Positions 42,108-51,481 of a stretch of 64,000 nucleotides of DNA are shown one piece after another. The notes under the pieces were generated by a model. It ran no database searches. It saw only the letters and a program-made list of their open reading frames with translations, and was not told the DNA's origin. Both the position numbers and the translations under genes were made by a program. The stretch covers positions 1,920,001-1,984,000 of the forward strand of contig OY760505.1 in the NCBI GenBank assembly GCA_963663545.1, in the 5' to 3' direction. The first letter of the stretch is position 1. Each line of letters begins with the position of its first letter. This DNA comes from Candidatus Delongbacteria bacterium (lineage in GTDB: Bacteria; CAIWAD01).

Positions 42108-44513
42108 ATGCGTCACAGATTTCCGCTTTTGATCGCTTTCCTCTTCTTTATCACTTCACTGCTCGCCGACGATTATATGCAGGCCCCCGAACCCATCAAC
42201 CGGATTCTGGCGGCACCGCGTGCGCCCTGGTTGTGGATGTCGCCGCGAGGTGACTGTGCGTTGGAAGTATCACAGGCTGATGCGCCATCAATTCAGGATA
42301 TCGCTTTCCACAGTATTGATGTAGCGGGATTGCGCATTGATCCACGCAATAATGGACCTGCTGATGCCAGCTATATCGACGCTCTCGAATTGATTGACTT
42401 GACAGACGCATCACGCAGGGGCGTTGCTTTGCCAACCGGCCGCGTTGACGATCTGCGCTGGAATGTCGAGGGAGATCAATTCGCCTTTACGCTGACTACC
42501 GTAGAGGGCATCGAGTTGTGGAGTTGTAATACAGGGGATCTTCGACCCGTTCGTGTTGTGGGGCCACAATTGAATGCGGCTCTTGGTACGCCCTACGACT
42601 GGCTTCCTGGTCGCAAGGGATTTCTTGTCAAGCTGGTACCCGAAGGACGCGGAATGCCGCCACATGAAGCCGCCGTCCAAGGCCCCTTGATCGAGGAAAG
42701 CGCTCAGAAGCAGGCCGCTGGCCGTACGTGGCAGAATCTGCTTGTAACCCAGTACGATGAAGACCTCTTTGTGTATTACGCCACCAGCCAGATGGCATAC
42801 GTCTCACTAAAAGGAAAAATCGAGCGACTGGGCGAACCCGCGATCTTTGACGAAATCACACCCTCGCCAGATGGAAGCCTCTTGCTCGTTCGGGAAATGC
42901 CGCCGCCGTATCCACGCCAGAATCCGCTATGGCAGTTTCCCCTCACCATCGATGTTCGTGACTTAAAAGGAAGCCGTCGCTTTCTATTAGCCGAGTTGCC
43001 GCTGGCCGACACCGTGCCCCTTGCTTTCGGCTCGGTGCGTACAGGACGGCGTGATGCAGAATGGCGCGACGACAAAGCAGCGGAGCTTGTGTGGGTTGAG
43101 GCGCTCGACGGAGGAGACGCCGGAGCTGAGGCGGAGTTCCGTGACGCCGTGTATCACCTAAGCGCCCCTTTCGAAGGCGAGGCGCGTCTGTTGGCAAAGA
43201 CCGGCTACCGCTATTACGGCATTCAGTGGGGCGATGAGAACCACGCACTTCTTTCGGAAGGATGGTACAAAACCAGGCAGCGCAGAGACTGGTTTTTGGA
43301 TCCTGCCAGCGGTGATACACGTCTTCTGCGCGAGCGCAACATGGAGGACGCTTACGCAGATCCCGGCTCGCCCGAAACTCGTCGGAACCAGTACGGGCGC
43401 CATGTCCTGCTTCTCGGTCAAGGCGGTAAGAGTTTGTATTACAGTGGCAGGGGTGCTTCTCCCGAGGGCGTTTACCCTTTCCTGGATCGATACGACTTGG
43501 AAACCGGTGATACAAAGCGACTCTGGCAGTGTGAAGATCCGTATTACACCAGGGTGATGAGTCTGCTGAACGATGATCCGCAACGGCTGCTGATACATCG
43601 TCAGAGCAAACAAGATCCGCCGAACTACTTCATCATGGACATGCGAAGCGGCACAGAGCTGCAACTCACTTTCTACGTGGATCCGGCACCGGAGTTGGAC
43701 GGAATACAGCGCGAGATCGTGCGCTACATGCGCTCCGACAGCCTGGAACTTTCCGGCACGCTTTACACGCCGCCAGGCTACGATAGCGAACGGGATGGAC
43801 CGCTGCCGACCATTCTCTGGGTCTATCCGCAGGAGTTTCGCAGCAAAGAGGCCGCCGGTCAGGTGACAACGGCCGAGAATACCTTCTTTCGTCCTCGCGG
43901 TCTGTCCATCACCTTTCTGTTGACGCAGGGCTATGCCGTGCTTGGAGATCCGGCCATGCCAATCATCGGCGAGGGCGAAGCTGAGCCGAACGACACCTAC
44001 ATCGAGCAGCTTGTAGCCAGTGCTGAGGCGGCGGTTGACTACCTTGTATCACGCGGTGTGTCACAGCCGGGACATCTCGGCATCGGTGGTCACAGTTATG
44101 GTGCTTTTACCACGGCCAATCTGCTGGCGCACACGGATCTCTTTGCCTGCGGCATCGCCCGGAGCGGAGCTTACAATCGCTCGCTTACGCCGTTTGGTTT
44201 TCAGGGTGAAGAGCGCAACTACTGGGAAGCGCAGTCAACCTATCAGAGCATGTCGCCATTCAACTATGCCGATCGGATCAATGAACCCTTGCTGATGATT
44301 CACGGAACCGACGACGATAACAGTGGGACGTTCCCTATTCAGAGCGAGAGGCTGTTTGATGCGATCAAAGGATTGGGCGGAACCGTTCGACTGGTCAAGC
44401 TGCCCTGGGAAGGGCACGCCTACCGCGCTAACGAGTCGGTCACTCATGTTCAGTGGGAGATGGTGAACTGGTGTGACAAGTGGTTGAAGGGCGAGCGTCG
44501 GCCGGAGCTGTAG
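42108..44513 (+). CDS. S9 prolyl-oligopeptidase-family serine peptidase
   Basis: Signal peptide; GGHSYGAF, ARSGAYNRSLTPFGFQ, HGTDDDNSGT, EGH. Confidence 0.92.
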   Translation: MRHRFPLLIAFLFFITSLLADDYMQAPEPINRILAAPRAPWLWMSPRGDCALEVSQADAPSIQDIAFHSIDVAGLRIDPRNNGPADASYIDALELIDLTDASRRGVALPTGRVDDLRWNVEGDQFAFTLTTVEGIELWSCNTGDLRPVRVVGPQLNAALGTPYDWLPGRKGFLVKLVPEGRGMPPHEAAVQGPLIEESAQKQAAGRTWQNLLVTQYDEDLFVYYATSQMAYVSLKGKIERLGEPAIFDEITPSPDGSLLLVREMPPPYPRQNPLWQFPLTIDVRDLKGSRRFLLAELPLADTVPLAFGSVRTGRRDAEWRDDKAAELVWVEALDGGDAGAEAEFRDAVYHLSAPFEGEARLLAKTGYRYYGIQWGDENHALLSEGWYKTRQRRDWFLDPASGDTRLLRERNMEDAYADPGSPETRRNQYGRHVLLLGQGGKSLYYSGRGASPEGVYPFLDRYDLETGDTKRLWQCEDPYYTRVMSLLNDDPQRLLIHRQSKQDPPNYFIMDMRSGTELQLTFYVDPAPELDGIQREIVRYMRSDSLELSGTLYTPPGYDSERDGPLPTILWVYPQEFRSKEAAGQVTTAENTFFRPRGLSITFLLTQGYAVLGDPAMPIIGEGEAEPNDTYIEQLVASAEAAVDYLVSRGVSQPGHLGIGGHSYGAFTTANLLAHTDLFACGIARSGAYNRSLTPFGFQGEERNYWEAQSTYQSMSPFNYADRINEPLLMIHGTDDDNSGTFPIQSERLFDAIKGLGGTVRLVKLPWEGHAYRANESVTHVQWEMVNWCDKWLKGERRPEL

Positions 44514-44535
44514 GCTGAACCTAGGGAGGACGAGT

Positions 44536-46494
44536 ATGAATCACCCGCACAACGGTAGCGCATCCGGCGATGACCCGAGGAAACGCATGCTCTTTGTCGC
44601 AGAGAAGCTCCGCCTGGGCTATCTGGAGATCAACCTTAGCGAGCGTGTGATACACGCATTCTTGTCCCCAATCGGGCTTTCGTCCTTCGCAGACTTCGAG
44701 CGAGCCCGCAGTTTTGAAGATTTTATTTCCCATGTCTTGAATGAAGACCATGCCATCGTGCGCGACGTGTTCGAGTCAATGCTCGCACAGCGCAACGAGC
44801 GCTTTCGTGTTGAGCTTCGCATGAAGGATGACAGCAAGGAAGGGCTGATGGTAAGTGCATCGGGCGTGGTCCTGAATCACGACGCGCAAGGGCGGCCCAT
44901 GCTTGTTGTCGGCATGGTGCAGAGTATTCGTGACCAGCAGCGGCTCCGCAATGATTTGAAAGAGAGCGAGCTGCGCTTCCGGCGCATGTTCGACCAGCTT
45001 CCCATTGGCGCATTTGTCAAGGATCCGCGCGACTGGAGCTTTTCACTTTGGAACGAAAGCATTGCCCGTATCACGGGCTTCTCGGCAAAAGAGGCTCTGG
45101 GACAAACGGACTTTGATCTTTTTCCACACGATGTAGCCACAGCGTTTCGCGACAATGACGAACGCGTTGTGCGCGAAGGTATTACTCAGATTATTCCCTC
45201 AGAGAAGATTGTTGTCTCCGATGGTTGTGAACGAGTGCTGCGTACTACAAAAGTGCCAGTGCTTGACAGCAACGGCCGCGTTGTGCAGTTGCTGGGGTTG
45301 TCCGAGGACATCACAGAGCAGGAACGCATTCTAGCGCAGTTGCAGCAGGCCCAAAAGATGGAGGCTGTCGGACGACTTGCTGGCGGAGTAGCACACGATT
45401 TCAACAATTTGCTGACGGCCATGATCGGCTTCTGCGGGTTGGCCCGGCGCAAAATTGATGACCCTGCCGTGGCCGGCCGTTATCTGGAGCGTGTACACGA
45501 AGTCGGTGAAAAGGCGCAGACCCTTGTTCGGCAGCTACTCACCTTTAGCCGTAGCGAAGACTTTGCTGCTCGCGTCCTTGATCCCAACCGGTTGATCCAG
45601 GATCTGACTCACATGCTTACCCGTTTGCTGGGCGAGCACATCCAACTCGAGTTTCGTCCGCAGCAGAGCGGAGCCCTGATCCAGGCCGACGCCGGTCAGA
45701 TTGAGCAGCTTCTGATGAACCTGTGTATCAATGCTCGTGACGCCATGCCACGCGGTGGACGTATCACGATAGAGACCAATCGCAGCGGATCACCCTCCGG
45801 TGTCGGTGATGGCGATGCTGGCCCGGCAGACTGGATGCTGATCTCCGTGCGTGATACAGGCACGGGAATTTCTGCGGAGGACATGGATCACATTTTCGAG
45901 CCCTTCTACACGACAAAAGATTCGGATAAGGGCACAGGCCTTGGACTGGCTACCGTTTACGCTGTTGTACAGCGCCACGGAGGCATTGTTACGGTCAGCA
46001 GCGAGCTTGGTGCAGGAAGTGAGTTTCAGGTCTATCTGCCCATGGTGGAGGAGCAGGCGGCCGACCGCGTCAGCGTAATGCCGCAAGAAGAATTACCCCG
46101 TGGCGACGGCCTGACGGTACTTCTTGCGGAGGATGACAACAATGTGCGACGCATGGCGCTGGCCATGTTGGAGAGCGTCGGCTACCGTGTCTATAGTGCG
46201 TCTAACGGCAAAGAGGCGATCCAGCAGTACCGCACGCATGCTGATGAAATTGATCTGTTGGTTTTCGATGTAGTAATGCCCGTGTGCAATGGACGCGACG
46301 CCTACGACGCGATTCGCAGCGAGAACGACAAGATTCCTGTGCTGTTTTGCAGCGGCTACAACCAGGACCTGCTGAAGCGCGAGTTCCTGGTTAAAGTACC
46401 CGGCCGCCTTCTGGACAAGCCCTACACCCAGTATTCGCTGTTGACGGCCATGCACGAACTACTGGTCAGCGTAGGAAAAAGCCCGTTGACGTAG
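44536..46494 (+). CDS. PAS-domain hybrid sensor histidine kinase/receiver
   Basis: PAS repeats, AQKMEAVGRLAGGVAHDFNN, NLCINARDAM, GTGLGL, receiver DVVMP. Confidence 0.95.
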   Translation: MNHPHNGSASGDDPRKRMLFVAEKLRLGYLEINLSERVIHAFLSPIGLSSFADFERARSFEDFISHVLNEDHAIVRDVFESMLAQRNERFRVELRMKDDSKEGLMVSASGVVLNHDAQGRPMLVVGMVQSIRDQQRLRNDLKESELRFRRMFDQLPIGAFVKDPRDWSFSLWNESIARITGFSAKEALGQTDFDLFPHDVATAFRDNDERVVREGITQIIPSEKIVVSDGCERVLRTTKVPVLDSNGRVVQLLGLSEDITEQERILAQLQQAQKMEAVGRLAGGVAHDFNNLLTAMIGFCGLARRKIDDPAVAGRYLERVHEVGEKAQTLVRQLLTFSRSEDFAARVLDPNRLIQDLTHMLTRLLGEHIQLEFRPQQSGALIQADAGQIEQLLMNLCINARDAMPRGGRITIETNRSGSPSGVGDGDAGPADWMLISVRDTGTGISAEDMDHIFEPFYTTKDSDKGTGLGLATVYAVVQRHGGIVTVSSELGAGSEFQVYLPMVEEQAADRVSVMPQEELPRGDGLTVLLAEDDNNVRRMALAMLESVGYRVYSASNGKEAIQQYRTHADEIDLLVFDVVMPVCNGRDAYDAIRSENDKIPVLFCSGYNQDLLKREFLVKVPGRLLDKPYTQYSLLTAMHELLVSVGKSPLT

Positions 46495-46541
46495 GATGAA
46501 GCAAGGATCGGATTCTCCGCAGCCCGCGGAAGAGATCATCC

Positions 46542-46733
46542 TCATGTAAAGCCAAAAGAGCCACCGCTACAGCTTCCTGCGCGAGTCACAGCCGCGCTAA
46601 AGCTGGATGTATCACGTTTCACATCTGATTCTTCGCAGACGGGGCACGTCTGCTCGTCGTCGCGACGGGAAACAGGTAGCAGTTTCTCAAATGCGTGACC
46701 GCACGAGTTGCAGCGGTAGATATAGAGCGGCAT
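46542..46733 (-). CDS. FmdB-family zinc-ribbon protein
   Basis: MPLYIYRCNSCGHAFE..CPVC; AGAGG upstream. Confidence 0.88.
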   Translation of the reverse strand: MPLYIYRCNSCGHAFEKLLPVSRRDDEQTCPVCEESDVKRDTSSFSAAVTRAGSCSGGSFGFT

Positions 46734-46817
46734 GAGCAACCTCTTTTCTTGAACCGCTCTAAAATGTTTCATGCTAGCAATTGTGTCAAGATCTAATTGT
46801 TGTGACCGCGGAGTTTT

Positions 46818-47564
46818 TCAAGACACGCTATACCCGCCATCCACCGTCAGGATCTCGCCTGTGACAAAGTCATTCTGCAGCAAGTACGCCAGCGCGTGGG
46901 TGACGGATCTTGGGCTGCCCTCCTTCTCGAGCAGCATGCCCTGGCGCGCGTGCTCATAGGCTTCCGGGTCGGCGTCCGGCGGTAGCACAAAACCGGGGGC
47001 GATTCCGCAAACGCGCACATGCGGGGCAAACTGGCGTGCAAGAGCCAACGTGGCCAGACGCAGGCATTCTTTCGATAAACAATATCCGAGGAAGGCTGGC
47101 CAGAGCCGTGTTGCACCGGAGTCGAGCATGTGTATCACGAGACCGCTTCCACTGCGGCGTAGCGCAGGCGCAAGTTGCCGTGTAAGAAACAGGGGTGCCT
47201 TTACGTGCAGAGCCATCAGGCTGTCGAAATCGTCGTCGCTCAGCTGTCCAAGCCGGGTTCGCGGAAACAGCGAAGCGTTGTGGATAACCAGGTCCAGGGC
47301 CTCATCGCGGGAATCCAGCGCTTGTAACAGCTCCTGCCCCATGCGGTCCCGCTGGCCCGGGTCGCACAGGTCGGCCTTGAGCAATTGTATCTCGCTGCCG
47401 TATTCTCTGTGAAGGCGCAACGCCAGTTCCCTGGCCGCCTCAGCAGAGTCATGATAGTGGAGGCAAAGATTCCAGCCCTGGCTGGCAAGATGCGTAGCGA
47501 GTTCGGCACCCACCCTAACGGCGGCTCCCGTTATCAATGCTCGCGGACGTGGAGACGGTGTCAT
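46818..47564 (-). CDS. SDR oxidoreductase, pteridine reductase/FolM-like
   Basis: ITGAAVRVG, HNASLF, YCLSK, VCGIAPG, FVTGEILTVDGG. Confidence 0.88.
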   Translation of the reverse strand: MTPSPRPRALITGAAVRVGAELATHLASQGWNLCLHYHDSAEAARELALRLHREYGSEIQLLKADLCDPGQRDRMGQELLQALDSRDEALDLVIHNASLFPRTRLGQLSDDDFDSLMALHVKAPLFLTRQLAPALRRSGSGLVIHMLDSGATRLWPAFLGYCLSKECLRLATLALARQFAPHVRVCGIAPGFVLPPDADPEAYEHARQGMLLEKEGSPRSVTHALAYLLQNDFVTGEILTVDGGYSVS

Positions 47565-47703
47565 GTGTCACCTGCTGTTGTGCCGACAGCGCGCCTGTGT
47601 CACGCGCGGCTAATGTCATATCCGGGCTCTTCTCGGATCTTCATCGAGCAACTCTTAATTTGAACCGTTTTCGCAAGGGATCCAAGCCAAAACAGGGGCT
47701 TCG

Positions 47704-49224
47704 ATGGACAAGGACCTCGCCTCCATCCAGGAAGTACGGGACCTGCTGCGCAAGGCGCGGGCCGCCGCTGACCAATTCAAGGATTTCACGCAGGACCAGG
47801 TGGACCGCATCGTGTCCGCAATGGCTCAGGCGGCGCAGAACCACGCCAAGCGCCTGGCCCGCATGGCCCACGAGGAAACCGGCTTCGGCATCATTGACGA
47901 CAAGGTGATCAAGAACACCTTCGCCTCGAAGATGGTCCAGGAGCACCTTAAGAGCATTCGCACTTGTGGCGTGATACGTCATAACGAGCAGACACGAGTG
48001 ATGGAGATCGCCGTGCCCATGGGCGTCGTCGCCGCGCTGATTCCTTGCACCAATCCAACCTCCACCGCCATTCACAACTCGCTCATTGCCATCAAGGCGC
48101 GCAACGCGATTGTGCTGAGTCCGCATCCACGAGCACTGGGTTGCATCATGGAGTCGGCACGCATTCTCAACGAGGCGGCTGCCTCCGTTGGCGGGCCTCG
48201 CAATCTGGTGCAGGCCATGAGTTTGCCGACCATGGAAGGCACCCATGAGCTGATGCATAACGAGCTCACCAGTGTGATTCTGGCTACCGGCGGTAGCGCG
48301 ATGGTGCGTGCAGCCTATTCCGCTGGCAAGCCCGCGTACGGCGTCGGTCCGGGCAACGTGCCAGCTTATGTTGATCGCACTGCAGATGTGGCCAAGGCGG
48401 CTGCGGATATTATCGCCGGTAAGTCTTTTGACCACGGCGTCATTTGTGCTTCCGAGCAGGCCGCGCTGGCCGACCGCCCCGTCTCGGGCAAGCTGATGGA
48501 AGAGATGCGTCGCAACGGGGCCTATTTCGCCACCAGCGAGGAGAAGCGTGCACTGGAGCGCGTTATGGTCGGCGCCGACGGCCACGTCAAACCGTCCATC
48601 GTAGGGCAATCGCCGCAGAAGATCGCCGAATTGGCAGGATTCCGCGTGCCCAATGGTACCCGGGCACTGGTCGTGATGCTGGAGAAGGTCGGGCTCGAAG
48701 AGCCTCTTTCTTGCGAAAAGCTGAGCCCTGTGCTGGGCTTCTATGTTGTCGAAGGTTGGAAAGAGGGCTGCAAGAAGGCGATCGCTCTGTTGGAATACGG
48801 CGGCCTGGGCCACAGCTTCTCCATTCACTGCCAGAACCCGGACATTGTGCTGGAGTTCGGTCTGCAGAAGCCAGCCAGTCGCATTCTGGTGAACACTTCC
48901 TCGACCCATGGTGCCATCGGTTATTCTACCGGACTGGCGCCTTCGATGACGTTGGGACCGGGTACGATCGGTGGCTCTTCTACCAGCGACAACGTAGACA
49001 CGCTACATCTGGTGAACATCCGTCGTATCGCCTACGAAACGCTGCCGCTTCGTCCCACAACGTCTAGTGACAAAGCGAAGTACCGCTACAACGACAGCTA
49101 CCATTACCGGCCCGAGGGTGAGGTGGCCGATGCCGCCGAGAAACCTGTCGCTGGCCGTAGCTATGGCAAAAGCGGAATCAACGACAACGACATCGAGCGC
49201 ATCGTTCGCGAGTTTTCCAGGTAG
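47704..49224 (+). CDS. CoA-acylating aldehyde dehydrogenase (EutE/PduP-like)
   Basis: EETGFG..DK.IKN, PCTNPTST, ILATGG..MVRAAYSAGKPAYGVGPGN, CASEQ, EKLSPVL. Confidence 0.92.
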   Translation: MDKDLASIQEVRDLLRKARAAADQFKDFTQDQVDRIVSAMAQAAQNHAKRLARMAHEETGFGIIDDKVIKNTFASKMVQEHLKSIRTCGVIRHNEQTRVMEIAVPMGVVAALIPCTNPTSTAIHNSLIAIKARNAIVLSPHPRALGCIMESARILNEAAASVGGPRNLVQAMSLPTMEGTHELMHNELTSVILATGGSAMVRAAYSAGKPAYGVGPGNVPAYVDRTADVAKAAADIIAGKSFDHGVICASEQAALADRPVSGKLMEEMRRNGAYFATSEEKRALERVMVGADGHVKPSIVGQSPQKIAELAGFRVPNGTRALVVMLEKVGLEEPLSCEKLSPVLGFYVVEGWKEGCKKAIALLEYGGLGHSFSIHCQNPDIVLEFGLQKPASRILVNTSSTHGAIGYSTGLAPSMTLGPGTIGGSSTSDNVDTLHLVNIRRIAYETLPLRPTTSSDKAKYRYNDSYHYRPEGEVADAAEKPVAGRSYGKSGINDNDIERIVREFSR

Positions 49225-49232
49225 GGGCGCTT

Positions 49233-50006
49233 GTGTCACTAGATCCGCGCATTCAAGTCTTCGGTCCCCGCGTTTTTCTGACCAAACCGCTGTTTCAGCG
49301 CCTGTTTGGTGAGGAACGTTATCTCGAGTTTGAGAGCCCGCTTGGACGCGCAGATGGATTTGTATCACGTCAGCGTATTACCGTCGCTACCGCGTTGGGA
49401 CGCCTGGAGCAAGTGCCCGTCATGGGACCGTTTGGACGCGACGCCTGGGTCGAGTGTCCGCGCAGCCTGGCTGGGGCGCTTGGCGAGGTTCCTCCGGTCC
49501 GCGAAGGGGGCGATATTCAAGGAACACCTGCCGTAACGCTGATTGGACCCCATGGGCACCTTTCCCTGTCGCAGGGATTGATCACGGCAATGCGCAAGAT
49601 CTGTGTGTCACCTGAAAACGCAAGGCGCCTGGGGTTGGTGCAGCAGGACTCTGTGCTGTGCTTGTTGCGTTCTGAGCGACGCATGGAGCAGCGCGAGGCG
49701 GTTCGTGATACAATTCTCGGTGGAGTTGAGGTGTGTGTCACGCCCGACTATGATTTTGAATTGCACCTGGACCAGGATGATGCCGCGGCTGCTGGTGTGC
49801 GTTCCGGCATGATGGCTCAGCTGCTTGGACCGCCCGCCGCTGTTGGCGTACGTGCGCCCGAGTATTTGCAGGTGGGCCGCCTGGTGGGTGAAAAGGATAT
49901 TCGTCGCGCCCGCGAGCAAGGGCTGCGGATCAAAATTACTCCGGGCATGGTCTTGACGCCTTCGGCTCGCGAGCTGGGGCGTGAACTGGATTTGCTCGAT
50001 TTCTAG
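49233..50006 (+). CDS. PduL/PTAC-like protein (degenerate metal ligands)
   Basis: LFG, V.VMGP.....VE, PPVREGGDIQGTP.VTLIGPHG, ELHLDQDDA match the PduL pattern; C-terminal LTPSARE domain. Confidence 0.75.
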   Translation: MSLDPRIQVFGPRVFLTKPLFQRLFGEERYLEFESPLGRADGFVSRQRITVATALGRLEQVPVMGPFGRDAWVECPRSLAGALGEVPPVREGGDIQGTPAVTLIGPHGHLSLSQGLITAMRKICVSPENARRLGLVQQDSVLCLLRSERRMEQREAVRDTILGGVEVCVTPDYDFELHLDQDDAAAAGVRSGMMAQLLGPPAAVGVRAPEYLQVGRLVGEKDIRRAREQGLRIKITPGMVLTPSARELGRELDLLDF

Positions 50007-50032
50007 AGCCGTGTATCACGGCGGGAGAGGTA

Positions 50033-50590
50033 ATGAGAATTGGAGCCATACTTCTGGCCGCGTGTGTATTGTGCGTGGCTTGTACAGACAGCAGCAAGGC
50101 GGGAAATCAGTCGTTGGAACGCATGGCCTTTGATTCGGCACCGGAAATGCTAGGTGTTGGACAGGTGCTGGGCGACAGCCTGGAGTATCATCCGCCACTT
50201 GGTTGGAATCCGCTGCCGGGCGAGTTGCTGGCGGGTATGCAGGCTTCCATGCCAACGGATCAGGCACTTGTTCAGCAGGTCGTTGCGGCTTTCACCGATT
50301 CAACCATGAGCAGCATGCTCGTGGTTAGCTCGCTTGATCGCGCAGAGGGCATTACCGAGAAGGCGCATCTGCTCCTGGAGGCAGGTCTTCCCGAAAACGC
50401 CCAACGCGCGGAGTTTCTGTTGAGTGATTTCCATTGTCGTCAGTATCTTGTGCAGCAGGCACAGCGAGTCCAGTTCCGCTTGCTTCTGGACGACCACTTG
50501 CTGTTCGACTATCTGGTACCCATGCAAGGGTATGAAACGAATCTGGAGTTTCTGGAGGCCTCAATAGGCTCCATTCATCTTTCTCACTAA
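50033..50590 (+). CDS. hypothetical lipoprotein
   Basis: GAGAGG RBS, lipobox CVAC. Confidence 0.7.
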   Translation: MRIGAILLAACVLCVACTDSSKAGNQSLERMAFDSAPEMLGVGQVLGDSLEYHPPLGWNPLPGELLAGMQASMPTDQALVQQVVAAFTDSTMSSMLVVSSLDRAEGITEKAHLLLEAGLPENAQRAEFLLSDFHCRQYLVQQAQRVQFRLLLDDHLLFDYLVPMQGYETNLEFLEASIGSIHLSH

Positions 50591-50602
50591 AGGGAGTAAA
50601 AC

Positions 50603-50893
50603 ATGAAGAAAACTGCCCGTATTCTGCTGGCAACTCTGCTGACCGTGATCATGGTTGGTTGCAGCGTTCACACCCACGTTATTGGTGATGGCGCCAAGAC
50701 CGGTGAGACCATCCAGGTTCGCCAGTGGTACGCCCTGTGGGGCCTGGTGCCGCTGAACACCGTTGATACCGCTGCCCTGGCCAACGCTGATGACTATGTC
50801 ATCAAGACCGAGCAGAGTGCCACGGACATCATCCTGAACATCTTCACAGGCTACGTTACGGTTTACAGCCGTACCGTCACCGTGACGAAGTAA
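50603..50893 (+). CDS. Bor/Iss-like small lipoprotein
   Basis: Lipobox MVGC, QWYALWGLVP, SRTVTVTK; strong codon bias. Confidence 0.75.
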   Translation: MKKTARILLATLLTVIMVGCSVHTHVIGDGAKTGETIQVRQWYALWGLVPLNTVDTAALANADDYVIKTEQSATDIILNIFTGYVTVYSRTVTVTK

Positions 50894-50904
50894 GTCCGAT
50901 TGCG

Positions 50905-50933
50905 AGGGGCAGAGAATTTCTGCCCCTTTTTTT
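50905..50933 (+). terminator. intrinsic terminator
   Basis: AGGGGCAGA-gaatt-TCTGCCCCT followed by a T run. Confidence 0.85.
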
Positions 50934-50942
50934 CTTTGAGCC

Positions 50943-50971
50943 TTGACTCGAAGCTTACAGAAATGCACATT
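50943..50971 (+). promoter_or_regulatory. possible sigma70 promoter for the small ORF-tRNA operon
   Basis: TTGACT-17 nt-CACATT. Confidence 0.4.
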
Positions 50972-50998
50972 GTGCGTCTTGATTTTTGAGGATGACCA

Positions 50999-51199
50999 AT
51001 GAATGACAAGCTGCCCTTTCGAGCGATCAACTATTGGCTGTTCGGCATCGGCTGTCTGCTTCTGGTCATCGGCTTTGTTCTTTCGGCGGTAGCGCCCTGG
51101 GATGGCGCGCTGTCGCTGACCCTGGCCCCGCTGGCTCTGTGTGCCGCCTATTTGGTGGTGCTGCCTGCGGCGCTGCTGTGGAAAAGTAAGGGCGATTAG
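50999..51199 (+). CDS. small 2-TM membrane protein (DUF3098-like)
   Basis: NYWLFGIG..GF..SLTLAP pattern; GAGGA RBS; stop lies inside tRNA-Val. Confidence 0.7.
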   Translation: MNDKLPFRAINYWLFGIGCLLLVIGFVLSAVAPWDGALSLTLAPLALCAAYLVVLPAALLWKSKGD

Positions 51200-51264
51200 C
51201 TCAGCTGGTCCAGAGCACCTGTTTTACACGCAGGGGGTCACTGGTTCGAATCCAGTATCGCCCA
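51190..51264 (+). tRNA. tRNA-Val(TAC)
   Basis: GGGCGAT/ATCGCCC acceptor stem, TAGCTCAG D arm, CCTGT-ttTACac-GCAGG anticodon arm, GTTCGAATC T loop. Confidence 0.96.
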
Positions 51265-51278
51265 TGGCGACTGGCATA

Positions 51279-51352
51279 GGTCCGGTAGTTCAATTGGTTA
51301 GAGCGCCAGCCTGTCACGCTGGAAGTTGCGAGTTCGAGTCTCGTCCGGACCG
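51279..51352 (+). tRNA. tRNA-Asp(GTC)
   Basis: GGTCCGG/CCGGACC acceptor stem, CCAGC-ctGTCac-GCTGG anticodon arm, GTTCGAGTC T loop. Confidence 0.96.
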
Positions 51353-51353
51353 T

Positions 51354-51385
51354 AAAGCCCCGTTCGTTATGAGCGGGGCTTTTTT
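51354..51385 (+). terminator. intrinsic terminator after the tRNAs
   Basis: AAAGCCCCGTTC-gttat-GAGCGGGGCTTTTTT. Confidence 0.88.
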
Positions 51386-51481
51386 GTTTTGCGGAACACC
51401 CACGCCTGCGATGTGGTATGTTCGATCCTTTGGCCGCGCCATGAACCAAGCGGAATCGGCCTCCGCACGAAAGGGGACCTT

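Noticed and set aside
47641..48909. 422-aa minus-strand ORF
   Set aside because: Antisense to the clearly conserved aldehyde dehydrogenase.
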